Assembly (NCBI GenBank): GCA_026770705.1
Contig: JANJGN010000021.1
Coordinates: 77,004,001-77,068,000, forward strand
Direction: 5' to 3'
Source: Isurus oxyrinchus
Taxonomy: Eukaryota
DNA length: 64,000 nucleotides
The position numbers and the translations under genes are program-made. Below, in pieces: positions 38,258 through 51,215 of this stretch. Under the pieces are notes generated by a model. It was not told the DNA's origin. It made no database searches and was given only the letters and a program-made list of their open reading frames with translations. Within the stretch, counting starts at the first letter, position 1. The number at the start of each line of letters is the position of its first letter.

Positions 38258-40409
38258 CTCGCAGTCCTTGTGTTACTGGTGGGACAACAGATGGACCTTG
38301 CGTATTAGGAGATCTTATAAGCCTGTGAAATCCTCCTGATACACCTCACACTTGAACAGCCTGTCACCTGTAGGAATGAATCAGTGGTTCACGAGGCTCA
38401 ATCAACAATTGAAGCTCTCAACACACTTGAAGCCCACTCACACTTCTTCCCAGCCTCACCCTGACTGATCACCCACAGCCAAACCTTTGGAAAGGTTGGT
38501 TGATGCAAGGCTCCACACCACTGACCAGTTTCAGATCTGATGATATATCAAAGCTCCCCTGGCCTGACTGATTTCCAGATGATGGTTTCACTGCCAAACC
38601 TTCTCTGTGTTGAGCAATGCTGTGAAGGGACTGGATGTCTTCCCACAGTTGTGCAATTGTTCCTTGGGTGATGGTCAGGATCTATCTATGATGTCTATCC
38701 TCTCTGTATTCTCTGGTGTAGTACAAACAGTCCTTCTGTAACACAGAAAATGAAACATGATTTCCTTCAGCTCCCTCTCCTCCTTTGCTGACGGTCTGAT
38801 TCCTTAGTTTTTTATTTATACTTTCACAGGATATGGGTTTTGCTGGTCAGGCCAACATTTATTGCCCATTCCTAATTGCCCTTGAGGTGGTGGTAGTTAG
38901 CCACCTTGTTGAACCGCTGCACTCCATGTGGTGCAGGTACACACACAGTGCAGTTTGTGGTGGGGGGGGAAGTTCCAGGATTTTGAACCAGTGACAGTGA
39001 AGGAACAGTGATATATTTCCAAGTGAGGATGGTGAGTGACTTGGAGGAGAGCTTCGAGGTGGTAGTGTTCCCATGTATCTGCTGTCCTTGTCTTTCTAGA
39101 TGGTAGTGGTCATGGGTTTGTAAAGGACTGTCTAAGGAGCTTTGGTGAGTTGCTGCAGTGCATCTTGTAGATGGTAAACACTGCTACCACTATGCGTTGG
39201 TGGTGGAGGGAGTGATCGTTTGTGGTTGGAGTGCCAATAAAGCCGACTGCTTTGTCCAGGATGGTGTCAAGCTTCTTGAATGTTGTGGGAGCTGCACTCA
39301 TCCAGGCAAGGAGGGAGTATTGCATCACACTCCAGACTTGTGCCTTGTAGATGGTGGAAAGGCTATGGGGAGTCAGGAGATAAGTTTCTCACTTGACTGT
39401 TGCACACCTTGTTTCCAGCAGGGACACTGGATAGTGACCAGTGGCTACTTTATTTCCTCCACCCAGCCCCCCCCATCTTCCCAGACACTGTGAGGTCAAT
39501 GGAAAAGACAGTTGGGCAGAGTGTAAAATCAGCTATCAGTTCACTATGAGTCCAAGTTGTGCTGGTGAAAACTAGTTCTACCCTTAGCAAATGGGTTTAA
39601 TAGAAAAAACACTCAGGAGAAATATTAATTTAATGGGGATTTTGAAATTTCTCACCCTTGTTTTCCAAAATTATTTGAAGAAAACAGACTGGACAGGAAG
39701 TGCTAGAAGCTAAGGAAAATGTTGCTTCAGTGTAGCTGACTGAAGGGTTCTGGTTTATCCTGGGAAATTAGATACACTGCACTCGCCCAGACTGCACATC
39801 CCAAATTTAGCTATCAGCCACAGCACTGGGCAAAACTATCAAATCCAAGCCCAAGTTCTGGGAAAGGCCAAGGCCTTCAGGTAAAATCTTTAAAGAAGGC
39901 ATAAAAAAAATTTCAATAAATTTCAATAAATGGAATTCAGGAGAAACTTCTTCACCTAGAGAATGATTAGAATGTGGAACTTGCTCCCACAGGGAATGGT
40001 TGAGGTAAGTAGTTTCAATGGATTTGATAGGAAGCCATTAAGTATATGAGGGAGGAAGGAATAGAAGGATCTGCTGATAGAGTGAAATAAAATAGGGAGA
40101 AAGCTCATGTCTCTGCACCTCCCAGATAATTACACCTCACCTTCTCATATTCAGTAATGACCCATCAACAAAACTCAGCCTGTAAATCAGAAGGGAAATG
40201 CTTCCAATAAACACACTCAATATCCAACACACAGCTCCAGTCAAACAGTTCAGCACAAAGCACCCAGTAAACAGCTCTCTCAGCTGGATCTTCTCACACA
40301 GCATAAGGGGCATTTCCACACCTGATTCCCCACAGGATAGTCAGACTACCTGAACATTAGTGTGGATATTATGTGATGTAATTATTATAAATTCTGTTCC
40401 TTCACTCAC

Positions 40410-40910
40410 CTACTCCTCACTTGGTTTTCAGTCCCTACAGGAAGTGAACCAGCTGTGGAAGAGGAAGAGGAGGGAATGGGTAGAGTGGGAGATTGATGTC
40501 TCTCACAGCCATTGAGCGATCGAACTCGTTGCAATCCCTCCCATAATTAACTCAATCACTCAATGCAGCCAATCGGAGACGAGAGGGCGCGACTTTATCG
40601 ATGCAGGGCTCCTCCCGGCTGTTGCAGATAGACAGCGGAAACTACATTCCCTTAGCAGCATGTGGCCCCGCGCCTGCGCAGTGAGGAGCGGCAGGATGGA
40701 AACAGAGGGAAACACAGCCCGCGGAACCTAATGGGAGTTGGTGTTCTGACGCGCGCAGCGGCGGTTGGCGCTCAGCGTTCGGGATTCGAATCTGAGAAAG
40801 CGCGAGACCGAGCGGCTGTCACGTGGGCGGGGCTGGAATTGGAGGTGCGCACCTGTAAATCCCAGCCCCCGGGCGGCGGGAACCAGGATCTCAGCCGTTG
40901 GACCCTCCTT
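40410..40910. promoter_or_regulatory. CpG-island, probably bidirectional promoter and first exon(s) of the two ZNF genes
   Basis: CCAAT (~40569), actacattccc ZNF143-like (40641), gcgcctgcgca NRF1-like (40670), gtcacgtg E-box (40818), GC box; minus-strand donor ag|gtgagt at 40409. Confidence 0.75.
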
Positions 40911-42319
40911 CACCCTCTATTCCCCCCCATCAACATTTTTCAGGATAATATTCAGAATTGAGAGATTGTAACTATCAGGTAAGATTGAACAGGCTGATCC
41001 CCATTTCCCTAGAAAAAAGAAGGCTGAGGGGTGACATGATAAAAACCTTTAAAATGATGAAGTATAAAATTAAGAATTTGGGGGTAAATGGAGAGATGTT
41101 CCCATTTGTGAGGGGGAGTCCAAAACTAGGGGCCAGAAATAAATCCAATGAGGAATTCAGGAGAAACTTCTTCACCTAGAGAATAATTAGAATGTGGAAC
41201 TTGCTCCGACAGGGAATGGTTGAGGTAAGTAGTTTCAATGGATTTGATAGGAAGCCAGTAAGTATATGAGGGAGGAAGGAATAGAAGGATCTGCTGATAG
41301 AGTGAAATAAAATAGGGAGAAAGCTCATGTGGAGCATGAACACCAGTAGAAAGTAGATGGGCCAAATGATCTTTTTTTGCTTTAAAAACTAGAATCAAAA
41401 CAAAAAGAAATGTTGCAAATACTCAGCAGGTCAGGCAGTATCTGTGGAGAGAAACAGAGTTAACATTTCGGCTCGCGATGACCTTTCTTCAGAAACTCGG
41501 TTGCATGTTGGGCAACTCTTCCTTTTGTCAAAGAGCAACCCCCAGTCTCACCACCCTCTCCCGCTCTCACTGCTCCTGCCTCCTTATCTTCACTGCAAAT
41601 CCTGCTCAAAGCAGCAACCCCCCCCCCCCCTCCCCCCCTCCTGCCAACCCCCCAGGTCCCATGGTCTAAATGTCCCTTATTTGGTTTTCTCAGATTTGGT
41701 CACCCTGGAGTCAGTCTCAAGTCACAGTCACTCCCGAAGCACAGTGTTACTCTCTGAGCACAGAGTGAATCCCAGAGCACAGAGACGTTGCCAAAGTCAC
41801 TCCACAAATCCAGCTGTCACTCCCCAAGACATACCCGAAATCCCCAAGTCAGAGTCACCCCCAGACACACAAGCCAGTCCCCAAAGACTGGCTCAATCTC
41901 CTCTCTTACTCCCTCCCATGCACCGTCTCCCATGCCTCTAAACCTCCTGTACCCCTCCCTCTCCCATGCCCCCCTCTCTCCTGTGTTCCCCTCTCTCTCT
42001 CCTGTGCCCCTTTCTCCCTGTGCACGTGCTGAACCCAGCACTGCACATCATTGCTGCCTTGGATGCTGTGGGTTTTCCTCTTCTGATCTGTCAAACACAC
42101 CCGAGGCTACACATCCCACACTGATGTTGTCAGTTTGAAAGTCTCTGAGGATGAAGAATGCTATTCCCACACTGGAAATCTCTGTCACACGTTTACCAGG
42201 GGTAACTCAGACAGCAGCTGCAATAAGTGAGGTTTTATTCAGATGGGACAATGACAAGTTTAAATCCCCACCTGATCTGTTGCTCAAAGTCAACTCCGTT
42301 TCACCAGTTTCCCAAGTTT

Positions 42320-43000
42320 CAGGGTCCCCCTTGTCCTCACTTATCACCCCACCAGCCTCCGCATTCAAAGGGTCATCCTCCACCGTTTCTGCCAACTCCA
42401 GCATGATGCCACCACCAAACACATCTTCCCTTCACCCCCCCGGTGGCATTCCATAGGGATCGTTCCCTCAGTGACACCCTGGTCCACTCCTCCATCACCC
42501 CCTACTCCTCAACTCCCACCTATAGCACCTCCCCATGTAAATACAAAATATGCAACACCTGCCCCTTCACTTCCTCTCTCCTCACCGTCCAAGGACCAAA
42601 ACACCCCTTTCAAGTGAAGCAACATTTCACTTGCATTTCCCCCAACTTAGTCTACTGCATTCGTTGCTCCCAATGTGGTCTCCCCTACATTGGAGAGACC
42701 AAACGTAAACTGGGCGACTGTTTTGCAGAACACCTGCGGTCTGTCCACAAGAATGACCCAAACCTCCCTGTCGCTTGCCATTTTAACACTCCACCCTGCT
42801 CTCTTGCCCACATGTCTGACCTTGGCTTGCTGCATTGTTCCAGTGAAGCCCAACGCAAACTGGAGGAACAACACTTCATCTTCCGACTAGGCACCCCTTC
42901 CTAGGATTCACCTACTTCTATTGAAGGGTCATGAGGACTCGAAACGTCAACTCTTCTCCGCCGATGCTGCCAGACCTGCTGAGTTTTTCCAGGTAATTCT
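42320..43000 (+). mobile_element. PLE fragment with GIY-YIG and terminus
   Basis: ORF 42443-42904 NLVYCIRCSQCGLPYIGETKR; internal deletion joins it to the terminus at ~42915. Confidence 0.88.
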
Positions 43001-45153
43001 AGGAATGGCTGCATACTTGTTCAAACTCAATGTGTCAAGGAGCACTGAAGGATGCACCGTCAGGCTGCAGTCCCCCTCCCTGCATGGATGGGGTTGGGTG
43101 GGGGTGGGGCTGTGGATAGTTCCTGATCTCAGCCCAGATAGAGAGGAGGCAATGGGCAGAGAGGCATGTGGCAGAGAGGGAGTCATTTCTGCTCCTGACA
43201 TGTCTTTTGATGATAATCATGGAATGAGGGCTGTGCCAGGCTGTGAGATTGTGGTGGAATATAATCCTGCTGCTGCTGATGGCTCGCTGCACCTCATGGA
43301 TACTCAGTTTTGGGATCTGTCCTTAGTCTACTTCCCTACTGATGATTAACATGGTGAAGTACTCATTGATCAGTTGGGAGGGGAGTGGTAATTTTCCTTC
43401 AACTTGTTTGACCTGAAGCCATGAGACTTCGTGAAGTCAATATTGAGACTTCCCCACCTGCCAGTGGGATGGGACATACCCAAGGATAGTGGCGAAGGAG
43501 TCTGGGATGTTTCCAGATTGTTACGCTTCAGTGAATATCACTGCTACTTGACTAGTCTGTGGGGCAGCTCTCCTCACTTGGGTACTTGTTCTCAGACCTT
43601 CACAGATTTGACTGGGCTGAGGTCATCTTAATCTTATTCTGACACAATGCCAGGGGTGTCCAGATCTATCTGATTTTCCTCTTACTATTGGACTTTGTAT
43701 TGATTGTTTATCATTGTTTGCTCGGCCACTTCAGAGGGCAGTTCAGAGTCAACCATGTTGTGTGGGACTGGAGTCACATGTAAACCAGACCAGGCAGTTG
43801 TAGCTTGTTCCCTTCCCTGAAGGACAATATTTGGGTTTCTCGGACAACCTGAAAAATTTCATCAGTTTGTTTTTATTCTACTCCACAAATTCCAAAATAT
43901 ATTAAATTCACCTTCACAACTTGCAGTGGTTGAGGGGAATAGCAAAGGTGTCTTTAGGGGGAAACTAGATAAGCAGAGAGGAACAGAAGGATAAGCTGAT
44001 GGGGTTAGATGAAGAGGAGTGAGTGGAGGCTTGTGTGAAGCATAAACACTAGCATCGAACAACTGGGCCGAATGGCCCATTTCTGCACTGTAATTCTAAG
44101 TGTGTAGCTTTCTGTGGTTAGGTTTGAACTTTCAATCTCTGGATTGTTAATCCAGCAGCATAGCAATTCAGTTGTTATACTTGGAGACACTTTTATTGAA
44201 ATGACTTTCAATGGCTTAAGTCAGTGTGTTTTCTTCAAATAATTTTGGAGAATAAGGGGAACAATTTCAAATCCTAATTGAATTAACATTTCTTCTGAGT
44301 GTTTTCTATATTAAACACATACTCTAAGGGTAAAAGTGGTCTTCGGCAGCGCAACTTGAGCTCATAATAAATTGAGAGCTCGTTTTACACTCTGCCTGAC
44401 TGTTTTTTCCATTGTCCTCATGGTGCCTGGGAAGATGGGGGCTGGGAGCAAGAAAGAAAGTAGCCATGTTGTCTGCTCCTGGTCACTATCTAGTTTCCCT
44501 GCTGGAAACAGAGGGTTTGTGACAGTCAAGTGAGGAAAAAGAAAAGATTTGTCTCTAATCCCCCACACAGGGGAATAGCAGGCTGGCACTCTCTGTGGAA
44601 CAGTCTCAAATGAAGGAGTCAGCCCCTTCAGCAAAGGGTGAGAGGGATTTGGAGGAAATCATGTTTCATTTTCCTGTTTTACAGAAGAATTGCACCGTCC
44701 TACACCAGAAAATACAGAGAGCATAGACACCACAGATAGGTCCTGACCATCGCCCAAGGAACAACTGCATAATTGCATAACTGTGGGAAGACATCCAGTC
44801 CCTTCACAGCATTGCTCAACACAGAGAACATAGGTGAAACTGTTATCTGGAAATTGGTTGGGTTAAGGGAGCTTTGACATATCATCAGATCTGAAACTGG
44901 TCAGTGCAGAATTTCCATCAGAACCAACCTTTCTCAATGTTCAGCTGTGGGTGATTGATCAGGGTGAGGCTGGGAAGAAGTGTGAGTGGCTCCAAGTTTG
45001 GTGAGAGTTTCAATCATTCATCGAGCCTCATGAACCACTGACTCATTCCTACAGGTGAGAGACTGCTCAAGTGTGAGGAGGGCTCCATAGGCTCGTATGA
45101 TCTCCTAACACATAAGGGGCATCTGTTGTAGAACTGTTCACAAGGAGAGCTAC

Positions 45154-46509
45154 ATGGAAGAGAAGCCATTCAAGTGTGAGGTGTGCAACCGAGCATTCCC
45201 AAAGTCATCAGGTCTGGTAAATCACCAACGTGTTCACACTGCGGAGAAACCATTTACGTGCAAGGAGTGTAACAAATCATTTTCACAGTCATCAAATCTC
45301 CTAAAACACCAACATGTTCACACAGGAGAGAAAGCATTCACGTGTCAGGTCTGTGACAAATCATTCTTGCGTTTATCATGCTTCCGTGTACACCAACATA
45401 TGCACAAAGGCCAGAAACTGTTCCAATGTGAGGTGTGTGACAAAGCTTTCACACAGTCATCAGGCCTCTTGGCCCATCGGAGGACTCACGCAGGGGAGAA
45501 ACCCTTCAAGTGTGAGGTTTGTGATAAAACTTTTCCGATATCGACAAGGTTGCTGAAACATCAGCGCGTTCACACAGGGGAGAGACCCTTCAGATGTGAG
45601 ATGTGCGACAAACCATTCTCACGGTCATCGAACCTCCACAGACATCAACGCATTCACACAGGGGAGAATCCATTCACATGTGAGGTGTGCAACAGATGCT
45701 TCTTGCGGTCAGCACACCTCCGCATGCACCAACGCATTCACACAGGGGAGAAACCATTCACATGCACAGTGTGCGACAGATCATTCACTGAGTCATCGAA
45801 CTTCCGTGTACACCAACGCACTCACACAGGGGAGAAACCATTCACATGTGAGGTTTGTGACAAAGCCTTCACACAGTCATCGAGCCTCCTGGTCCATCAG
45901 AGAATCCATACAGGAGAAAAACCCTTCAAATGTGAGGTTTGTGATAAAACTTTCATTACATCTACAAAGCTCCTGATACACCAAAGTGTTCATACAGGAG
46001 AGAAACCCTTCAAATGTGAGCTGTGTGATAAAACTTTCATTACATCTACGAAGCTTCTGATACACCAGAGGATTCACACCAGGGAGAGACCCTTCAAGTG
46101 TGAGGTTTGTAAGATGTCTTTCACCAAATCGGCCAAACTCCTGACACACCAGAGGATCCACACAAGGGAGAAACAACTCAAGTGTGAGCTGTGTGCCAAA
46201 TCATTCTCGCAGTTAACACATCTCCGTGCACACCAACGCATTCACACAGGCGAGAAACCATTTGTGTGTGATGTGTGCAAGAAACCATTCTCGCAGTCAT
46301 CAAACCTCCGTGCACACCAACGCATTCACACAGGGGAGAAGCCATTTACCTGTGAGGTGTGTGACAAATCATTTTCGCATTTAACAAATCTCCGTGGACA
46401 CCAACGCACTCACACAGGGGAGAAGCCGTTCAGGTGTGAGGCTTGTGACAAAGCCTTCACGCAGTTATCGAGCCTCCTGCGCCATCAGACAATCCACACA
46501 GGGGAGTAA
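45154..46509 (+). CDS. C2H2 poly-zinc-finger protein, 451 aa, 16 fingers, no effector domain in the ORF
   Basis: Open ORF with TGEKPF linkers; acceptor ttttcctgttttacag ending at 44684; TAA falls in a TGE linker, decayed fingers continue to ~46810. Confidence 0.92.
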   Translation: MEEKPFKCEVCNRAFPKSSGLVNHQRVHTAEKPFTCKECNKSFSQSSNLLKHQHVHTGEKAFTCQVCDKSFLRLSCFRVHQHMHKGQKLFQCEVCDKAFTQSSGLLAHRRTHAGEKPFKCEVCDKTFPISTRLLKHQRVHTGERPFRCEMCDKPFSRSSNLHRHQRIHTGENPFTCEVCNRCFLRSAHLRMHQRIHTGEKPFTCTVCDRSFTESSNFRVHQRTHTGEKPFTCEVCDKAFTQSSSLLVHQRIHTGEKPFKCEVCDKTFITSTKLLIHQSVHTGEKPFKCELCDKTFITSTKLLIHQRIHTRERPFKCEVCKMSFTKSAKLLTHQRIHTREKQLKCELCAKSFSQLTHLRAHQRIHTGEKPFVCDVCKKPFSQSSNLRAHQRIHTGEKPFTCEVCDKSFSHLTNLRGHQRTHTGEKPFRCEACDKAFTQLSSLLRHQTIHTGE

Positions 46510-47799
46510 CCCTTTAATGTGTGGCTTGCAGCAAAACTTTTGTGCATCTTCAACCCTCCTGGGACACCAGAGGATTCACACACAGGAAAAACTCTTCAGG
46601 TGAGATGTTTGTGGCTTTCACCCACTTCCCTGATCTGCTGAATCACCAGATCCATACTAGTGAGAAATCATTTCAGGTGTGACAAGGCTCTCAGACACTC
46701 AGTGTATTTCCTGGTCCATCAATATACTCACTCAAGGGAGAAACCCTATCAGAGTTCTGTAACAATGCCATCATTATTAAGTTGTTGGACTTCCTGGAAT
46801 ATTAGTGAACCCACACGGAGACAAATCCTTCCAATGTGACGCATGACAGGATTGTTTCACCTACTCCTCTCTTGCCACACAGCGACGCCTCCACACAGAC
46901 TTGGAGCCAGGTCATCTGCTTCCGTTACACTGAGAGTTGTCTGTGCTGTTTTCCCCCCCCACCTCTGTATTTACACAGGGGAGCTGTCGTTCCAAAGCAC
47001 TGTCTGTCTCCACAGTGTCTGTCTCGAACCTCTCCCACCATCAGTCCAATCATTTCAAGAAGGCCAATTTAACCTTAGACCAGATCGCCAAACATCACCA
47101 AAAGAAGACATCAATATGTATAGAAGCTCCTGTATAAACTCAGCATCCTTTCAGTGCAGCATCAGTTACAAGTCATTCACTGACTCTCAGTCTGGCCAAG
47201 AAGGCAATCAGATGTCAGTGGTTAGAAAGTCTTCAGCTTCTGATCTATCAGCACAAGTATCCAGGGGCGGAGCCATTCCTGGGGTGGTGATGGAGGCACT
47301 TCAATTAGCCTCAGTATCTCTGGTCTATGGAGGGGGAGAATCAGCTAGGAATTCCGTTCCTCATCTGTGCCCCTAACTGAGAAGTCAGGGGAGGGGCAGG
47401 AGGTGTCTTGGCTGTGACAGTCTCCATTGTCTCTCAACACTTACTATCTAGGTCTGCTGAATGGCTACTCGAACATAGCAGTAGAGGCCAATCAATGTCC
47501 ACAGCCTGTACTCCAGGTCAGTACCTTGAGGATTGGAGGGAATGTGAGAGGATAACAGCTTTTATTTATAGAGCACTTTAATATAGTCAAACATCCCAAA
47601 GTGTTTCATAGAGATGTAATCAGAGAAAAATTAACACCAAGACAAAGAAAGAGATATTAGGAAGGGATGACCAAAAACATGGTCAAAGAGGTGGGATTTA
47701 AGGAGGGTTCTAAAAGAGGGGAGAGAGATAAAGATGCAGAGAGATTTAAGGAGGGAATTCTAAAGATCTCTTAACACCCAAGGTTCTCCTGTTACAAGG

Positions 47800-48357
47800 A
47801 CTGAACTCACTCCTCTTTCTCCATGACCTGGGCAGCAGCATCTTCCTTGATAAAGACAGATGTAAAATATTCATCTAATACCTCAGCTATGTCTCATGCC
47901 ACCAGGCAGAAATCCCTTTTTGGTCCTTAATTGGCCCACTCCACTTCTTACTATTATATGCCTTTAGAATATTTTTTTGTTCTCTTTTAAGTTAGCTAGC
48001 AGAATTTTCTCATGCTCTGTCTTTACTTCTGATTTACTTTTTCAAACCCCCTCTGAACCTTCGATATTCAGCCTGGCTCTCTGTTCTATTCTCCACTTGA
48101 CATCTGTCCTAAGCACACTATTTCCCTCTTCATCTTAATCTCTATCTCTGTCATCCAGAGATCTTTGGATGTGTTTGAAAGTTTACGGCACAGAAAGAGG
48201 CCCATGTTGTCTGTCCTGGCTGAAAAATAAGCCACCAACCTAACCCCACTTTCCAGCATTTGGTCTGTAGCCCTGCAGGTTACGGTACTTGAGGTGCCTA
48301 TCAAGACACCTTGTAGATGAGTTTGCCCTGCCTTTCCTCTTCAGGGGAATATACCTT
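47800..48357 (-). mobile_element. CR1 LINE piece (continues at 56771)
   Basis: AEVLDEYFTSVFIKE-type motif; RYIPLKRKG reads across the Harbinger junction. Confidence 0.7.
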
Positions 48358-49459
48358 GGGCAGAATTGTCCGTGCCCACTGGCATCGGGCATGTTTGGTG
48401 GCATGAGCGGACAATATGGCGAGAAGGCCAAAAATCGGTATCTCAAAGTTTGCAATTGTCCGTTCAGCACATCCATGGCAGGCATATTTCTACTAACAGA
48501 CATCGGGAACCTCATTGTAATACATCAGTGTATCATTATAAGGCTAGCCTGCCGGACTCATCCCCTGCTGCTGGATTATCCGCCTACATCGGTGTGATTG
48601 TATGCCAAGGTGTTTTACAACATGTAAAAGGCATGCACTTGGTCACCTGCACTTTGAGGGGAACTTGGAGGTGAGTACACAGTAATGTGCGGAGCGCTCA
48701 CATGCAACGCCTGTTGGACTTCAAGGTTGAGGCGTATTGGGGGAATGACAAAAGGTGCCCTGCGGGCGAGGCAACTATGGGGCAGGGGGCAAAGGTGGCC
48801 TTGCGGTTAAAGGTCACGCATAAGCACATGGGGATGGGCAAGGGAAGCAGCCACGCATTAGGATGCCTTGTATAAAGTAACCTTTGCTCTGCAACTGAGA
48901 CAGTTCAGGCGCAGCCATTGATATGATTGGAGTCAGGCTTCTAGTTTATCTGCCCACTCAAGCAATGCAGAGGCATCCAAGTGTCACCAAATTCTCCAGG
49001 GCTTTTCACCCCTTGGGCAAAGACCGCAAACTAATGAGGTTTATGGTGGACTGCAGAACAGTTGGGCATATTGTACAATCTCCTCGCTAAAGCTGGCCAT
49101 GGAGCAGTCACTGGTGGAGGTGCTCACAGCCCCTTGCAATGTCATCACCCCAGTTTGGAGCTCCCCATGTTTCAAGCTAACAGTGCAGCCTTACAATGCA
49201 GGTTAGGGGAATGCCTGCGCCTAAGCTGAGAGCACAGCTTGCAGTCCAATGGGCAAAGCTGCCACCAATTGATTGGGTGGAGTGGGGCAGAGGAATGTGG
49301 GGTTTTGGGCAGCAGTGCAGCACACTAATCTCTGGCCATCCAAGTGACTAGCACTCTCCAGGACGTGTTAAGTGGCCTTCAGACTTAACCAAGAGAGGTT
49401 CTTAGTATACCCATGCCAACCCATGCATCTCTTATTTTCATCCTGAGTACATTAGGATC

Positions 49460-50672
49460 ATGGAACCTGGTGAGCTAGTTGAATGCCTTGTGGTGTACAG
49501 AGAACGAAGATGATAGAGAAGAGAACGACTGAGGCGTCTGGCTGCACAGAGTGAGGAACAGCACTCTCTGGAAGAGGGGGCTGCTGCAGCTCCTGCACAC
49601 GCTGCCGAAGACCCACAGCGAGCTGTTGTTGGTCAGTGCCTAGCTAGACCCAGGATCAATAAATGCTGCCTTTCATTCCTGTCGATGACCGAGAACCAGT
49701 GTCGCCGAAGTGTGCACATGTCTGGGAAACTGGTCACATCTGCCAGCTGCTGCAGGATTTAGCGCCACGGGGACATGAAGGGCATCCACTGCCAGTAGCC
49801 ATGAAAATGACAGTTGCACTCAATTTTGACACCAGTGGCACCTTCAGGGCTCCACAGGTGACCTCTGTACGATCTCACAAGCCTCCAACCACAAAGGCAT
49901 CCATGTGGTCACGGTTGCCATTTTGACAAGGGCACACAACTTTGTGTATTTCGTCTGGGACCAGGAGAGCCAGGATGCAAGAGCGATTGGATTTTCCCAG
50001 AACTCAGGTTTCCCACAAGTGCAAGGTGCCATCCACTGCGACTCACATGGCGCTCAGATCTCCGTCACAACATGTGGCCAACTATGGGGTTCCATTTGCT
50101 GAATGTGCTGTTTGGTGTGCAACCACCACAAACGCATCCTACAGGTCTGAGCATGGTTCCCAGGGAGTGTATTTGACTCTTATATTCTCAGCAGGACTCA
50201 GAGCCCTGATGTCTCACAGGGTGCACAGTGACTGCAGGGCTGGCTCCTTGGGGCCAAGGACTATCCACAGAGGATGTGGCTGATGACACCTGTGCGATGG
50301 CCTCAAACGGCAGCGGAGCTAAGGTATAACGAGGTTCATTTGCAACTCGCAACTTGGTGGAGCAGATCATCGGGATGCTGAAAATGAGGTTTCATTTTCC
50401 TGAACTGGTATAGTGGAACCTGCAATACAGTTCACAGAGGGTGTCACGCATTGTCGTTGCCTGCTGCGTCCTTCACAACCTGGCAATGGGGAGAAGAGCT
50501 GGCTGAGGAGGAGCTGGAGGTCTCCTCCAGTGAGGAGGATGTCGATGGTGATGAGGATGACCGGATCCTCGAAGACGATGATGAAAACCTTGTACTGGCC
50601 AAACAAGGCAGGCGCACTCGGGAGGCCCTCGTAGCTGCTAGATTTGTGGAGGATGATGAAGACATGCAGTGA
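49460..50672 (+). pseudogene. Harbinger (HARBI1-like) DDE transposase, frameshifted
   Basis: LPVAMKMTVALNF, GFPQVQGAIHC.THMALR, WLLGAKDYP, RNLVEQIIGMLKMRF, CCVLHNLA. Confidence 0.88.
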
Positions 50673-51215
50673 GATCCTCACATTGCATCTGAGAATGTCT
50701 GACTCCTGCCTGGCCATGGGCAACTCACTTGTGCTCTGTGATCAGGGTTATATCATCGAGGTGCAGCCATGAAACTTCAAAGGCACCTGATCCTTTGTCC
50801 GTGTTCAGCACCTGAGCCCTTCAGGAGCACAGCATCACTGGTCACAGGTGCTGAAGAGATGGGGGCCAGCCCCATCTTAAGGGTGCTGAGAGCACACTGA
50901 GAGAATGATGGAACTCTGTGACACCTGCCCACGCCATTCTGGCAACAACGACAAGCACCTTCGAGGTGCAGATATCAGTAATGTCCAGGGAGTGTGAGGC
51001 CGGACCATCACTTTGGTCTGAAGGCTGAACAAAGCACAGGGAAGAGGCCCTGGACTGAGACACCTGCCTAATTTTGTGTAGAAAGGTTTCACATCTGAGT
51101 GACATGAACACTGCTCATCAGAATATAAGGAGCCAAAGGCAGGGAGTTCTTGGGAGTTTATTGACAATAGTGAACATTATGTACAAGTGATTAACACCCG
51201 TGCTGAGGCTGTGCT

